DNA of 64,000 bases from Oceanispirochaeta sp. (lineage in GTDB: Bacteria; Spirochaetota; Spirochaetia; DSM-2461). The position numbers were made by a program, and so were the translations under genes. Position 1 is the stretch's first letter, and every line of letters begins with the position of its first letter. The stretch spans positions 1,312,001 through 1,376,000 of the forward strand of contig CAXXXD010000003.1 of the NCBI GenBank assembly GCA_963663385.2, written 5' to 3'. Positions 10,084 to 19,022 of this stretch are shown in pieces. The notes under the pieces were generated by a model. The model did not search any database, was not told the DNA's origin, and saw nothing but the letters and a program-made list of their open reading frames with translations.

Positions 10084-10485
10084 TCAGGTTATTTTCAGAT
10101 TCCTTTTATCCAAGAGTTTCAGCAGACTGTTCACATCCTCCGGATTCATATGTATCCGGACAGGTTTAAAGTCCCTTGAATGGATTTTCAGACTGTGATT
10201 TGAAAGCGTTTCTACGGATGTTATTCTTTCTATAAAATGCACTTCCGGCTTCTGATAATAATGGAGATTCAGAATAAGTCTGTCTCCATCCAGGGTCACA
10301 TAGGGAAGGTGATTGCTGATGACAATCAGTATTATAATTATTACCAGACCAATGAAGTACAGAATAAAATCCAGTTGATTGTAGCGGATAATAAGAGGTC
10401 GCAATCCCATTACAAACGGGATGAGAAAGAGAAAATTGAAAGCTCTTGCAAGCCTGTGCTTTCTGAAAACCTCTCGTTTCTGCAT
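10084..10485 (-). CDS. Hypothetical membrane protein (2 TM plus a small soluble domain)
   Basis: Tightly packed in the operon; AGGT RBS; two hydrophobic helices. Confidence 0.7.
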   Translation of the reverse strand: MQKREVFRKHRLARAFNFLFLIPFVMGLRPLIIRYNQLDFILYFIGLVIIIILIVISNHLPYVTLDGDRLILNLHYYQKPEVHFIERITSVETLSNHSLKIHSRDFKPVRIHMNPEDVNSLLKLLDKRNLKIT

Positions 10486-10491
10486 TTATAC

Positions 10492-11610
10492 CTACTTCAG
10501 CTCATCCGGATTCAGCTGCAATAGCTCGGGATGAACAAATAGTCCGTTTTTCCGAATCAGTACATCATCAAAATAGATCTGCCCGCCCCCGAATTTTTCG
10601 GTTTGAATAGCTACCAGGTCCCAGTGAATGGATGATGTATTTCCATTGTCGGCTTCATCATAACAACGTCCGGGAGTAAAATGAAAGCTTCCTTTGATTT
10701 TTTCATCAAACAGGGTGTTTTTCATGGGATTTTCGATATAGGGGTTTACACCCAAAGCAAACTCGCCGATATACCGGGCCCCCTCATCCGTATCGAGGAC
10801 TTTATTGATCCTCTCCGTATTGTTTGATACGGCTTTAATAATTTTACCGTCCTTGAATTCAAAACAGATATTTTCGTAGGTAACGCCCTGGTATACGGCC
10901 GGACAGTTATAAGCCAGAGTGCCATTGACAGACTCCCTGAGTGGCGCTGTATACACTTCACCGTCCGGAATATTCACCTTCCCGTCACATTTAATGGCAT
11001 TCATCCCCTTGATGGAGAATGAGAGATCCGTTCCCGGACCGGTAATCCGCACCTTGTCTGTGGATTCCATAAAATTGACAAGTTTATCCATGGCCCGTGA
11101 CATTTTAGCGTAATCCAGGTTGCTTACCTTAAAATAAAAGTCTTCAAAACCGTCAAGACTCATTCCGGCGGATTGAGCCATGGAGTTGTTGGGATAACGC
11201 ATAACAACCCAGCGCGTATTTTTCACCCGTTCTTCCCCATGAACGGGTGTCATGAAATGCTCCATATAAAGATTCATTTTATCTCCGGGGACATCGGCGG
11301 TCCCTGTACTGTTATCAACAGCGCCGATTCCCACATAGGCATCCATCTCTTTCATTCGGGTCAACTCGGTACGGGCCATAAGCTCCAGCTGTTCCACAGA
11401 AATCTGACCTAACAATTCTCGTTGTATCCTCTCGTTGGTATAAGATACAAAGGGTAATCCTCCCACCTTATACACCTGTCTTACAATTTCGAGCATAAGG
11501 GGCTCACAGGTAATCCCGCTGGCATGAATAAGGACTTTCTCCTCCTTCTTCAGAGCCAGGGAGTAGCTCACTATATTTTCAGCCAGCTCTATCAGTCTGG
11601 GATCTCTCAT
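10492..11610 (-). CDS. Aminopeptidase, M29 family (AmpS/AmpT-like)
   Basis: NIPDGEVYTAP, GARYIGEFALG, LFDEKI.GSFH and SSIHWD motifs. Confidence 0.92.
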   Translation of the reverse strand: MRDPRLIELAENIVSYSLALKKEEKVLIHASGITCEPLMLEIVRQVYKVGGLPFVSYTNERIQRELLGQISVEQLELMARTELTRMKEMDAYVGIGAVDNSTGTADVPGDKMNLYMEHFMTPVHGEERVKNTRWVVMRYPNNSMAQSAGMSLDGFEDFYFKVSNLDYAKMSRAMDKLVNFMESTDKVRITGPGTDLSFSIKGMNAIKCDGKVNIPDGEVYTAPLRESVNGTLAYNCPAVYQGVTYENICFEFKDGKIIKAVSNNTERINKVLDTDEGARYIGEFALGVNPYIENPMKNTLFDEKIKGSFHFTPGRCYDEADNGNTSSIHWDLVAIQTEKFGGGQIYFDDVLIRKNGLFVHPELLQLNPDELK

Positions 11611-11639
11611 TTCCGCACCTCCAATATAATCTCAATCTG

Positions 11640-12968
11640 TTAAATCTTCTGATATAATCCGATTATCTCTCCAGCCAGAAAAAAAGACCCGGCAACCAGC
11701 ACCGGAGAATCCGGTGCACTTTCGAGAATGGTTTTAAAAGCTTCTACAGGATCTTCAATCAAGCTCACATTATCATGAATCCCGTCAAATATACTTTTGA
11801 CCTTTCGGGGATTACTCTTCTTAAAATACCCGGGGGTTGTGATAACAATACGTTTAAATGCCCGGCAGGCTATTGCAGCCATCTCGTCTGCATTTTTATC
11901 ATCCCCACAGGCAAAAAGAAGGATACCCTTTCCATCCTCTTCCAGACGGAAAAAGTCATGAATAGCCATACCCAGCGAGCGGGGTGTATGAGCCCCGTCA
12001 GCAGCAATCAGGGGATGACGGGATAAAATCTGCATCCGTCCCGGCAAAAGGGCATGGGAAAATCCCTTTATCCAGACATCAGGATTCTCCCCGGGGAACA
12101 GTGTTTCCAGGGCAGTCAGAGCCGCAGCAGCATTAGAAAGCTGTATTTCTCCAATCATCCGTAAAAAAACAGAAACTTTCTCACCACCGGCCTTTCTGAA
12201 TAAATCGCCGCTGGTTCCATCTCTGGAAAGCGTTCCGTTCATAATATCAAAACAATCGGGAATATACTTAAAAGCCGCATTCCTCAAGGCGGCCGTTTCC
12301 TTTAATACACTTAGAGCCTCATCCTGCTGAGAAGCGAAAATAACAGGGGTCTCCTGTTTTATAATTCCAGCCTTTTCACCGGCTATTTCTCTAATAGTAT
12401 TCCCCAGCCAGTTGGTGTGTTCCTTTTCTATGGGAGTAATAATGCAGAGTTCGGGAAACAGAGTATTGGTTGCATCAAGCCGTCCGCCCAAACCAGTCTC
12501 GACAACAGCCCAACGACATTCCTGTGCTTCGAAAATAAGAAAGGCGAGGAGAGTCAGCAATTCAAAAGTTGTAGGATCATTTCCACCGGGAAGATTCCTG
12601 TCCGGATAGTTTAAGAGAACATTATGCATACGGTTTATCTGATTAAGGTAAACCGTATCATCTAGTAGGGCCAGATTAATCCTTATCCGTTCCTGATAGC
12701 AGAGCAGGTGAGGGGATGTATATAATCCTGTCCTGTACCCTTTTTCCTGCAGCCCCGAGGCAACAAGGGCTGCAGTGGAACCCTTTCCCTTTGAACCGGC
12801 CAGATGGATACTTCTAAATTTATTCTGAGGATTCTGAAATAGTTCCAACAGAGTGAACATCCGGTCCGGACGATAGAAACGTTTTACTTCATCCGCTTTC
12901 TTTTCAAGGTTTGTATAGGATTCAATCCACCTGAAACCATCTTCCAGTTTGTCAAAGGCTTCTTTCAT
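11640..12968 (-). CDS. folC: Folylpolyglutamate synthase / dihydrofolate synthase
   Basis: IHLAGSKGKGST, GLYTSPHL, ETGLGGRLDATN, EKAGIIK and DGAHT motifs. Confidence 0.95.
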   Translation of the reverse strand: MKEAFDKLEDGFRWIESYTNLEKKADEVKRFYRPDRMFTLLELFQNPQNKFRSIHLAGSKGKGSTAALVASGLQEKGYRTGLYTSPHLLCYQERIRINLALLDDTVYLNQINRMHNVLLNYPDRNLPGGNDPTTFELLTLLAFLIFEAQECRWAVVETGLGGRLDATNTLFPELCIITPIEKEHTNWLGNTIREIAGEKAGIIKQETPVIFASQQDEALSVLKETAALRNAAFKYIPDCFDIMNGTLSRDGTSGDLFRKAGGEKVSVFLRMIGEIQLSNAAAALTALETLFPGENPDVWIKGFSHALLPGRMQILSRHPLIAADGAHTPRSLGMAIHDFFRLEEDGKGILLFACGDDKNADEMAAIACRAFKRIVITTPGYFKKSNPRKVKSIFDGIHDNVSLIEDPVEAFKTILESAPDSPVLVAGSFFLAGEIIGLYQKI

Positions 12969-14260
12969 TTGCGTTTTTTCAGGGCATCACCGTGGGTTTC
13001 AAAACCTTCATAATCGGCCAGAGCTGTTACATGGTCTTTCATGCCTTCCAATCCTTCACCTGTAACATAAACAACAGAGGAGTACTTTATAAAATCTCTG
13101 ACCGAGACTGCTGAATAGGTTTTGGCATTTCCCCCCGTTGGAAGTACAGCATTGGCTCCTACGGAATAGTTGGCAATAGAGAAGGGCGTATTATCTCCCA
13201 GAAGTATCTCTCCCGCATTTTTTATCAGAGAAAGAGTCTGAAAGGGCTCTTTTGTCTGCAGCTGAAGGTGTTCCGGTGCAAACTGATTAACAACATCAGC
13301 TCCCTCATCAAGGGAATCACAGACGATAATCCCTCCATAGCCCTTCATAACATCCTGAACGAAGGTTCTGCGGGGTTCACTCAGAGTTTCTGTCAACCGG
13401 ATTATTTCCCGTTCCGTTTTCTCTGCCAGTTCATCAGAGTCTGTAACCAGCAGGGCGGAAGAATCAGAGCCATGCTCTGCCTCAATCAGCAGATCCAGAG
13501 CTACTTTACAGGGATCCGCCTCACTGTCTGCCAGTATCATGGACTCGGAAGGCCCCGCAGGCATTCCGATATCAACTTTTCCGGATAAAAGCCGTTTAGC
13601 TGCGGTAACATACATACTGCCAGGACCATTCAGTTTCATAACGGGTTTAATAGTTTCCGTACCATAGGTGAGTGCTGCTATGGCATGGGCACCCCCGATC
13701 TTGTATATCTCCTCAATTCCGCAGAGTTTAGCCGCATAAAGGCAGGCCGGATCGACTTTCCCGTTCTCATCAGGAGGAGTAACAATGCTGATTCGGGGAA
13801 CTCCCGCCACTATCGCAGGGATGGCCAGCATATAAAGCATGGAAGGGAAATTTCCCCTGCCTCTTGGAACGTACAGCCCGACAGATTCAATGGGAGAAGC
13901 CTTTTCTCCCGCCAGAACACCCGGTCGTATTTCTACCATATTCATGGCTTCGGGTTTCTGAACAATATGAAAGCGTTTAACATTTTCTATGGAATAGGAT
14001 AGCGCCTGTTTCACCTCATCACTTACCAGGAATTCAGCCTCGGCAAACTCTTCTTTGCTGACCCTGAGCGTCATATCGGCAGGAGTGTTATCAAACTGAT
14101 TGTTATATCTGAGAAGAGCTTTATCTCCCTCGTCTTTTACTGTTTTAATGATAGTATTAACAGATTCCGATACAGCATGGATATTCAATTCAGAACGGGC
14201 GAATATCTGTTCCCGGTCACTTTGCTGCATCTCTTTCCAGTAGTATTTATTTACTTTCAT
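12965..14260 (-). CDS. hisD: Histidinol dehydrogenase family protein with divergent active-site residues
   Basis: VGLYVPRG, GGAHAIAALTYGT, AGPSE, EAEHG, APEHL and VLPTGG motifs. Confidence 0.85.
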   Translation of the reverse strand: MKVNKYYWKEMQQSDREQIFARSELNIHAVSESVNTIIKTVKDEGDKALLRYNNQFDNTPADMTLRVSKEEFAEAEFLVSDEVKQALSYSIENVKRFHIVQKPEAMNMVEIRPGVLAGEKASPIESVGLYVPRGRGNFPSMLYMLAIPAIVAGVPRISIVTPPDENGKVDPACLYAAKLCGIEEIYKIGGAHAIAALTYGTETIKPVMKLNGPGSMYVTAAKRLLSGKVDIGMPAGPSESMILADSEADPCKVALDLLIEAEHGSDSSALLVTDSDELAEKTEREIIRLTETLSEPRRTFVQDVMKGYGGIIVCDSLDEGADVVNQFAPEHLQLQTKEPFQTLSLIKNAGEILLGDNTPFSIANYSVGANAVLPTGGNAKTYSAVSVRDFIKYSSVVYVTGEGLEGMKDHVTALADYEGFETHGDALKKRK

Positions 14261-14275
14261 ATTTTAGAACATCCT

Positions 14276-14620
14276 TTAAACCATAGTCAGTTCAATCCGG
14301 TTTCCCAAACGAATCGTATCGCCATTTTGTATTTTTACATACTTATCTGCCTTGAGGAGTTTACCATTTATATAAGTTCCATTGCTACTGCCCCGGTCTT
14401 TAATAAAGTAACTGCCCCGTATTTGTTGAACTTCCACATGAAATCTGGAAACCATACTGTCATCTATGACAAAATCGTTTTCCTTGGCACGTCCTATTGT
14501 CAAGCGGCTGTGCATCTGAATCTCTTTACCATTAAACAGAAGACATCGCATATTCCTGGTGCCGAGTTTTTTCAGTCTCTTTCCTACCGGACTGTCCTGT
14601 ACAATAGTTTCATCTTTCAC
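14276..14620 (-). CDS. Stand-alone FHA domain protein
   Basis: TIGR, VSRFH and D.GSSNGTYING FHA motifs; GTG start with AGGAG RBS. Confidence 0.9.
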   Translation of the reverse strand: MKDETIVQDSPVGKRLKKLGTRNMRCLLFNGKEIQMHSRLTIGRAKENDFVIDDSMVSRFHVEVQQIRGSYFIKDRGSSNGTYINGKLLKADKYVKIQNGDTIRLGNRIELTMV

Positions 14621-14753
14621 TCAGGATACTCCTTTGATCTATACTATGATAATATAATATAATTCTAGAAATTTTAAGGAAGAGTTTTCATCTACATAGA
14701 TAGTCTCAACCTGCCGATAATATTTAGAATAGATTCTATACTGGGAGGATTGA

Positions 14754-15188
14754 ATGAAAGCGAATGCTGATTTCCCCACAATTAACAAAAAAAGACCAGA
14801 TGGATTAAACGCTGCCGGTCTGCCTTATAAGGTCCTTATCATAGACGATTCCATTTTTGTAAGGAAACAGATCAGTCAGATTCTTACTTCTGAAGGTTTT
14901 GAAATAGTAGCCGAAGCCGGAGATGGTGTCGAAGGTATTGAAAAATTTAAAGAATTGTCTGGCGAAATAGATGTGGTCACCCTGGATATAACAATGCCCA
15001 GGATGGACGGGGTAACCGCGTTGGAAAATATAATTAAAATCAATCCTGACGCGAAAGTTGTAATGATAAGTGCGCTTGGAAAACAGGATCTTGTAAAACA
15101 GGCTCTTATTGCCGGTGCAAAAAACTATATTATCAAACCTCTGGACAGGAAAAAAGTACTGGAACGTCTTACGGCTGTTCTGGATTAA
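14754..15188 (+). CDS. cheY: CheY-like single-domain response regulator with an N-terminal extension
   Basis: VLIIDDS, TLDITMPRMDG, VMISALG and YIIKP motifs; GGAGG RBS. Confidence 0.85.
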   Translation: MKANADFPTINKKRPDGLNAAGLPYKVLIIDDSIFVRKQISQILTSEGFEIVAEAGDGVEGIEKFKELSGEIDVVTLDITMPRMDGVTALENIIKINPDAKVVMISALGKQDLVKQALIAGAKNYIIKPLDRKKVLERLTAVLD

Positions 15189-15192
15189 ACAG

Positions 15193-15882
15193 TTACCGAA
15201 TCTCTGTTGAACACCCTTTTTCCAGAAATCTCGTCCTGTATTGAATAAGGAGAGATTCAGGAACCTCCGGCATTTCATTATAGGTCTCGGAAAGGCAGTG
15301 ACCCGGTTTAAACCCTGTAATTATATGGTTTTCCACTCCTTTAAGATAGTGCGCCATTTCCGGTACATTATCCAGAGAGAACAGCTGGGGGACTATGGTT
15401 GTTCTGATTTCATAGGGAATGTTTCCATTTTTCAGGATCCCAATGGATTGAATGATTCTTTCCGCCGAAGATTCGTCTCCGCCCAGTTCTGAATACCTGC
15501 GGGGAAGGGTCTTCAAATCCATAGCTACATAATCCACTTCCAGATCTGCCAGGATACGGGGGCTTAATCCATTAGTGTCTATCTTAACAGGCAATCCTGT
15601 TTCTTCCCGGATCTGTCTAATAAGGTCCGGTGTACCCGGATATAAAAGTGGCTCCCCCCCTGATAATACCACCCCTCCCAAAAGGGGAGCCCTGAATTTT
15701 ACATATTCAAATACTTCATTCCTGAGAAGCAGTCCTTCGGTCCTGCCGTAAGCCAGGTCTGGATTATGGCAGTAAGGACATCGCAGATTACAACCGGGGA
15801 AAAATATTACAGGGGCAATTTTTCCCGGATAATCAATCAGCGAGGTCTTCTGAAGACCGAATCGAACTGGAAGTTTCATCAA
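15193..15882 (-). CDS. nrdG: Anaerobic ribonucleotide reductase activating enzyme (radical SAM)
   Basis: SLIDYPG, GCNLRCPYCHN (CxxxCxxC), SGGEP and KIDTNG motifs; in the nrd operon; start may be ATG at 15879. Confidence 0.92.
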   Translation of the reverse strand: MMKLPVRFGLQKTSLIDYPGKIAPVIFFPGCNLRCPYCHNPDLAYGRTEGLLLRNEVFEYVKFRAPLLGGVVLSGGEPLLYPGTPDLIRQIREETGLPVKIDTNGLSPRILADLEVDYVAMDLKTLPRRYSELGGDESSAERIIQSIGILKNGNIPYEIRTTIVPQLFSLDNVPEMAHYLKGVENHIITGFKPGHCLSETYNEMPEVPESLLIQYRTRFLEKGCSTEIR

Positions 15883-15883
15883 T

Positions 15884-16396
15884 TCAGGCGGTGGCTTCGG
15901 AATTGATGAAACGAGTTTCTACATCTTTCGGATTACCCGTTCTGTAAATTTCATTTCCTTTCTTATCAAAAAACACGACTGTAGGGGCTGAGAAGATATT
16001 GAGTCTGGAAGCTTCTTCCATCCCTTCATCGGTATCAACATTAAAAGACTGAGCCTTCACACCCATAGATTTTAAAATTTCCTTCATGGGAGGGCAATTG
16101 GGACAGGTGGTTCTGAAAAAATAGGTATATGAGTTAAGAGAAGAGTCAGTAACATCTTCAACGGATTCGTAACTTACTTCGCCGGTCTGATTAACTTCTT
16201 TAATATCCCTACCGGTTATTGTAGAAAAGGGTACTCTTACTTTAAATTCTCCCCGTTTACCCAGGTTCCAGTTTCTGACAGATCTGTAATAGCCGACGAT
16301 TCTGGAATATACTTCAGTTTCCATGCCCTCTACCAGTTCCATTTCTTTTTTCAAAGAAAGGATCTCTTCATCGATTGCTTTGATCTTCTCTAACAT
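15884..16396 (-). CDS. Stand-alone NrdD glycyl-radical domain fused to a CxxC thioredoxin/glutaredoxin-fold domain
   Basis: EVYSRIVGYYRSVRNWNLGKRGEF (Gly35 matches the class III RNR radical motif); C98-P-N-C101 and SAPTVVF; own GGAGG RBS and TAATG overlap with the nrdD stop. Confidence 0.9.
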   Translation of the reverse strand: MLEKIKAIDEEILSLKKEMELVEGMETEVYSRIVGYYRSVRNWNLGKRGEFKVRVPFSTITGRDIKEVNQTGEVSYESVEDVTDSSLNSYTYFFRTTCPNCPPMKEILKSMGVKAQSFNVDTDEGMEEASRLNIFSAPTVVFFDKKGNEIYRTGNPKDVETRFINSEATA

Positions 16397-18510
16397 TATT
16401 TTCTTCCTCCCTCGGTCATTAACTGAGCTTTTTTCTCTTCCAGAGTTTTTATTTTGTTCTGTATTTTTTTTCTTTCTTCCTCCCGGCAGAGGGGACAGGA
16501 AAAGTGTTCGCCACTCAGATAGCCGTGAACCTTACAGATTGAAAATGTAGGCGAAATGGTAAAGTAGGGCAACTTATAATTATGGGCTATTGTTTTTACG
16601 AGTTCCATACAGGCTCTCCAGTCCTTAATAGCTTCACCCAGGAAACCATGAAAAACAGTTCCTCCCGTATAGAGCGTCTGCAGATTATCCTGCAAATCCA
16701 GAGCTTCGAAGATGTCCCGTGTATAATCAACAGGAAGCTGTGATGAGTTTGTATAGTAGGGATTATCATCGGTTCCCGAAGTAATAATATCCGGATAGTG
16801 CTTCTTGTCATGCCTGGCCAGTCTGTAGCTTGTACTTTCAGCAGGTGTGGCTTCCAGGTTAAAGAGGTCTCCCGTCTGCTCCTGATAATCAGCCAGACGA
16901 TCGCGCATGTGATTGAGGATCTCCGCTGAAAAAGCCATGGCTTCGGGATCGGTTATATCCTTACCCAGAAAATTCACCATACTCTCATTCATTCCATTAA
17001 GCCCGATGGTACTGAAATGGTTGTTCAGATGCTTCAGGTAACGACGGGTATAGGGAAACAGTCCCGCATCAAGAAGCTTATTAATAACCTTCCTTTTTAC
17101 AACCAGAGACTCTTTGGCAAGATCCATTAATTGATTCAGTCTTTCATAGTATTCTGATTTGGAACGGGCCAGATAGCCGATACGGGCCAGGTTTATGGTA
17201 ACAACACCGAGTGACCCGGTGAACTCATCCGAACCGAATAGACCACCGCCTCTTTTCCGCAGTTCCCGCTTATCAAGCTGCAGCCGGCAGCACATGGAGC
17301 GTACATCTTCGGGATTCAGGTCGGAATTGATAAAATTCTGGAAGTAGGGTGTTCCGTATCGGGCAGTCATTTCGAACAGGAGTCTGGCGTTTTCCGATTC
17401 CCATTCAAATTCCCTGGTTACATTGTATGTCGGAATAGGGTAGGCGAATCCGCGGCCATCCGCATCTCCCTGAATCATCAGCTCAATAAAAGCTTTGTTG
17501 ATCAGATCCATTTCCTTCCGGCATTCACCATAGGTAAAATCCTGTTCCCTGCCGCCGACAATAGCTTTTCTTTCAACAAGATCATGCGGTACATTCCAAT
17601 CGAGAGTAATATTGGTAAAAGGAGCCTGACTTCCCCAGCGGGAAGGTGTATTCACTCCGAAAATAAAACTCTGAATACACTGTTTAACAGCTTTGTAATT
17701 GAGCTTATCCACTTTAACAAAGGGAGCAAGATAGGTATCAAAACTGGAAAGCGCCTGTGCGCCGGCCCATTCGTTCTGCATTATTCCCAGAAAGTTTACA
17801 ATCTGAAATATAAGGGTGGAAAGGTGACTGGCCGGTTTTGATTTGATTTTCTCCGGAACACCGCCTAAACCTTCTTCAATCAGCTGCCGGATTGACCAGC
17901 CGGCACAATAACCGCTGAACATGGAAAGGTCATGAATATGCATGGCTCCGGTTCTGTGAGCCTCGGCAACACTTTTTGAATAAATATTCTTAAGCCAGTA
18001 ATTGGCTGTGATTGTTCCTGAATTATGAAGGATAAGACCTCCGAGAGAGAAATTAACATTGGCATTTTCATTTACCCGCCAGTCGGACTGAGAAAGATAC
18101 CCATCCATTGTTTCGTCAATGTCCAGCATCAGTTTTCTGGTATCACGAATTGCTTCATGTTTAGCTCTGTACAGTATGTAGGCTCTGGCGATTTCCACTT
18201 CATTATTTTCAATCAGAACAGTTTCAATCAGGTCCTGAATTTCCTCTACAGCCGGAGCCGAATTCGGGTGTCTGTCCGACATAAAAACAATAAGTTTTGC
18301 TTCTGTGCTTTTTGTCAGCGATTCCGTCAATTCGGGATCGCTTCCACGGGCTGCGGTAACAGCTTTTGCAATTGCGTCCTTTATCCGTGCCCTGTTGTAG
18401 GAAACAACACTGCCGTTTCTCTTCACAACACGGCGTATTATTGCTTCTGTAGGCGTCGGAACGTTATCCTCTATACCGAGGAACGAACGCCATTCATTCT
18501 GAGTGTCCAT
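16396..18510 (-). CDS. nrdD: Class III (anaerobic) ribonucleoside-triphosphate reductase large subunit lacking the C-terminal glycyl-radical motif
   Basis: N-terminal ATP cone (VVKRNG), HIHDL, GYCAGWS, finger loop RSMCCRL, LEATPAE, YYTNS, YTGGT and Zn motif CKVH...CPLC. Confidence 0.95.
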   Translation of the reverse strand: MDTQNEWRSFLGIEDNVPTPTEAIIRRVVKRNGSVVSYNRARIKDAIAKAVTAARGSDPELTESLTKSTEAKLIVFMSDRHPNSAPAVEEIQDLIETVLIENNEVEIARAYILYRAKHEAIRDTRKLMLDIDETMDGYLSQSDWRVNENANVNFSLGGLILHNSGTITANYWLKNIYSKSVAEAHRTGAMHIHDLSMFSGYCAGWSIRQLIEEGLGGVPEKIKSKPASHLSTLIFQIVNFLGIMQNEWAGAQALSSFDTYLAPFVKVDKLNYKAVKQCIQSFIFGVNTPSRWGSQAPFTNITLDWNVPHDLVERKAIVGGREQDFTYGECRKEMDLINKAFIELMIQGDADGRGFAYPIPTYNVTREFEWESENARLLFEMTARYGTPYFQNFINSDLNPEDVRSMCCRLQLDKRELRKRGGGLFGSDEFTGSLGVVTINLARIGYLARSKSEYYERLNQLMDLAKESLVVKRKVINKLLDAGLFPYTRRYLKHLNNHFSTIGLNGMNESMVNFLGKDITDPEAMAFSAEILNHMRDRLADYQEQTGDLFNLEATPAESTSYRLARHDKKHYPDIITSGTDDNPYYTNSSQLPVDYTRDIFEALDLQDNLQTLYTGGTVFHGFLGEAIKDWRACMELVKTIAHNYKLPYFTISPTFSICKVHGYLSGEHFSCPLCREEERKKIQNKIKTLEEKKAQLMTEGGRK

Positions 18511-18533
18511 TTACTCACCCCTCCCCAATGGGT

Positions 18534-19010
18534 TTACTTTTTATGATTTAGAGATTCATTATTAAGAGTTTCAATTACTTTTACAAATTCTTCCACGTTT
18601 TCAAAATGCCTGTATACAGATGCAAATCGAACATAGGCAACTTTATCCAGATCGAATAACTGGGTCATAATCATTTCACCCAGTTCCTCAGAGGAGATTT
18701 CATGAGATGACTTTCCTCTGAGATTAGCTTCATCCTCAATATCATGAAGGATACTGTCCAGCATAATCTGAGAAATCGGCCTCTTTTCTACGGCTCTCTG
18801 CAATCCCCTTTCCAGCTTTTTCAAATCGAAAGGCTGACGGGTATTGTCTTTTTTGACAACCATCAGAGGAATTTCTTCTACTTTCTCATAGGACGTAAAT
18901 CTATAGCCGCAGGAAGCGCATTCCCGTCTTCTGCGTATGGAAGTACCGCTTATATTCTGCCTAGACTCTATTACTTTATCATCTAAATTGCCGCAAAGGG
19001 GGCACTTCAT
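18534..19010 (-). CDS. nrdR: Transcriptional repressor NrdR
   Basis: MKCPLC...DKVIESR...IRRRRECASCGYRFTSYE Zn ribbon, ATP cone and VAYVRFASVY; start set at MKCP. Confidence 0.97.
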   Translation of the reverse strand: MKCPLCGNLDDKVIESRQNISGTSIRRRRECASCGYRFTSYEKVEEIPLMVVKKDNTRQPFDLKKLERGLQRAVEKRPISQIMLDSILHDIEDEANLRGKSSHEISSEELGEMIMTQLFDLDKVAYVRFASVYRHFENVEEFVKVIETLNNESLNHKK

Positions 19011-19022
19011 TTCCATCTCCAT

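Noticed and set aside
16396..18510. nrdD as a frameshifted pseudogene
   Set aside because: Considered less likely. Both parts are otherwise intact, the second ORF has a well-spaced GGAGG RBS with TAATG coupling, and each part carries an extra helix absent from canonical single-chain NrdD. It is not fully excluded without the reads.
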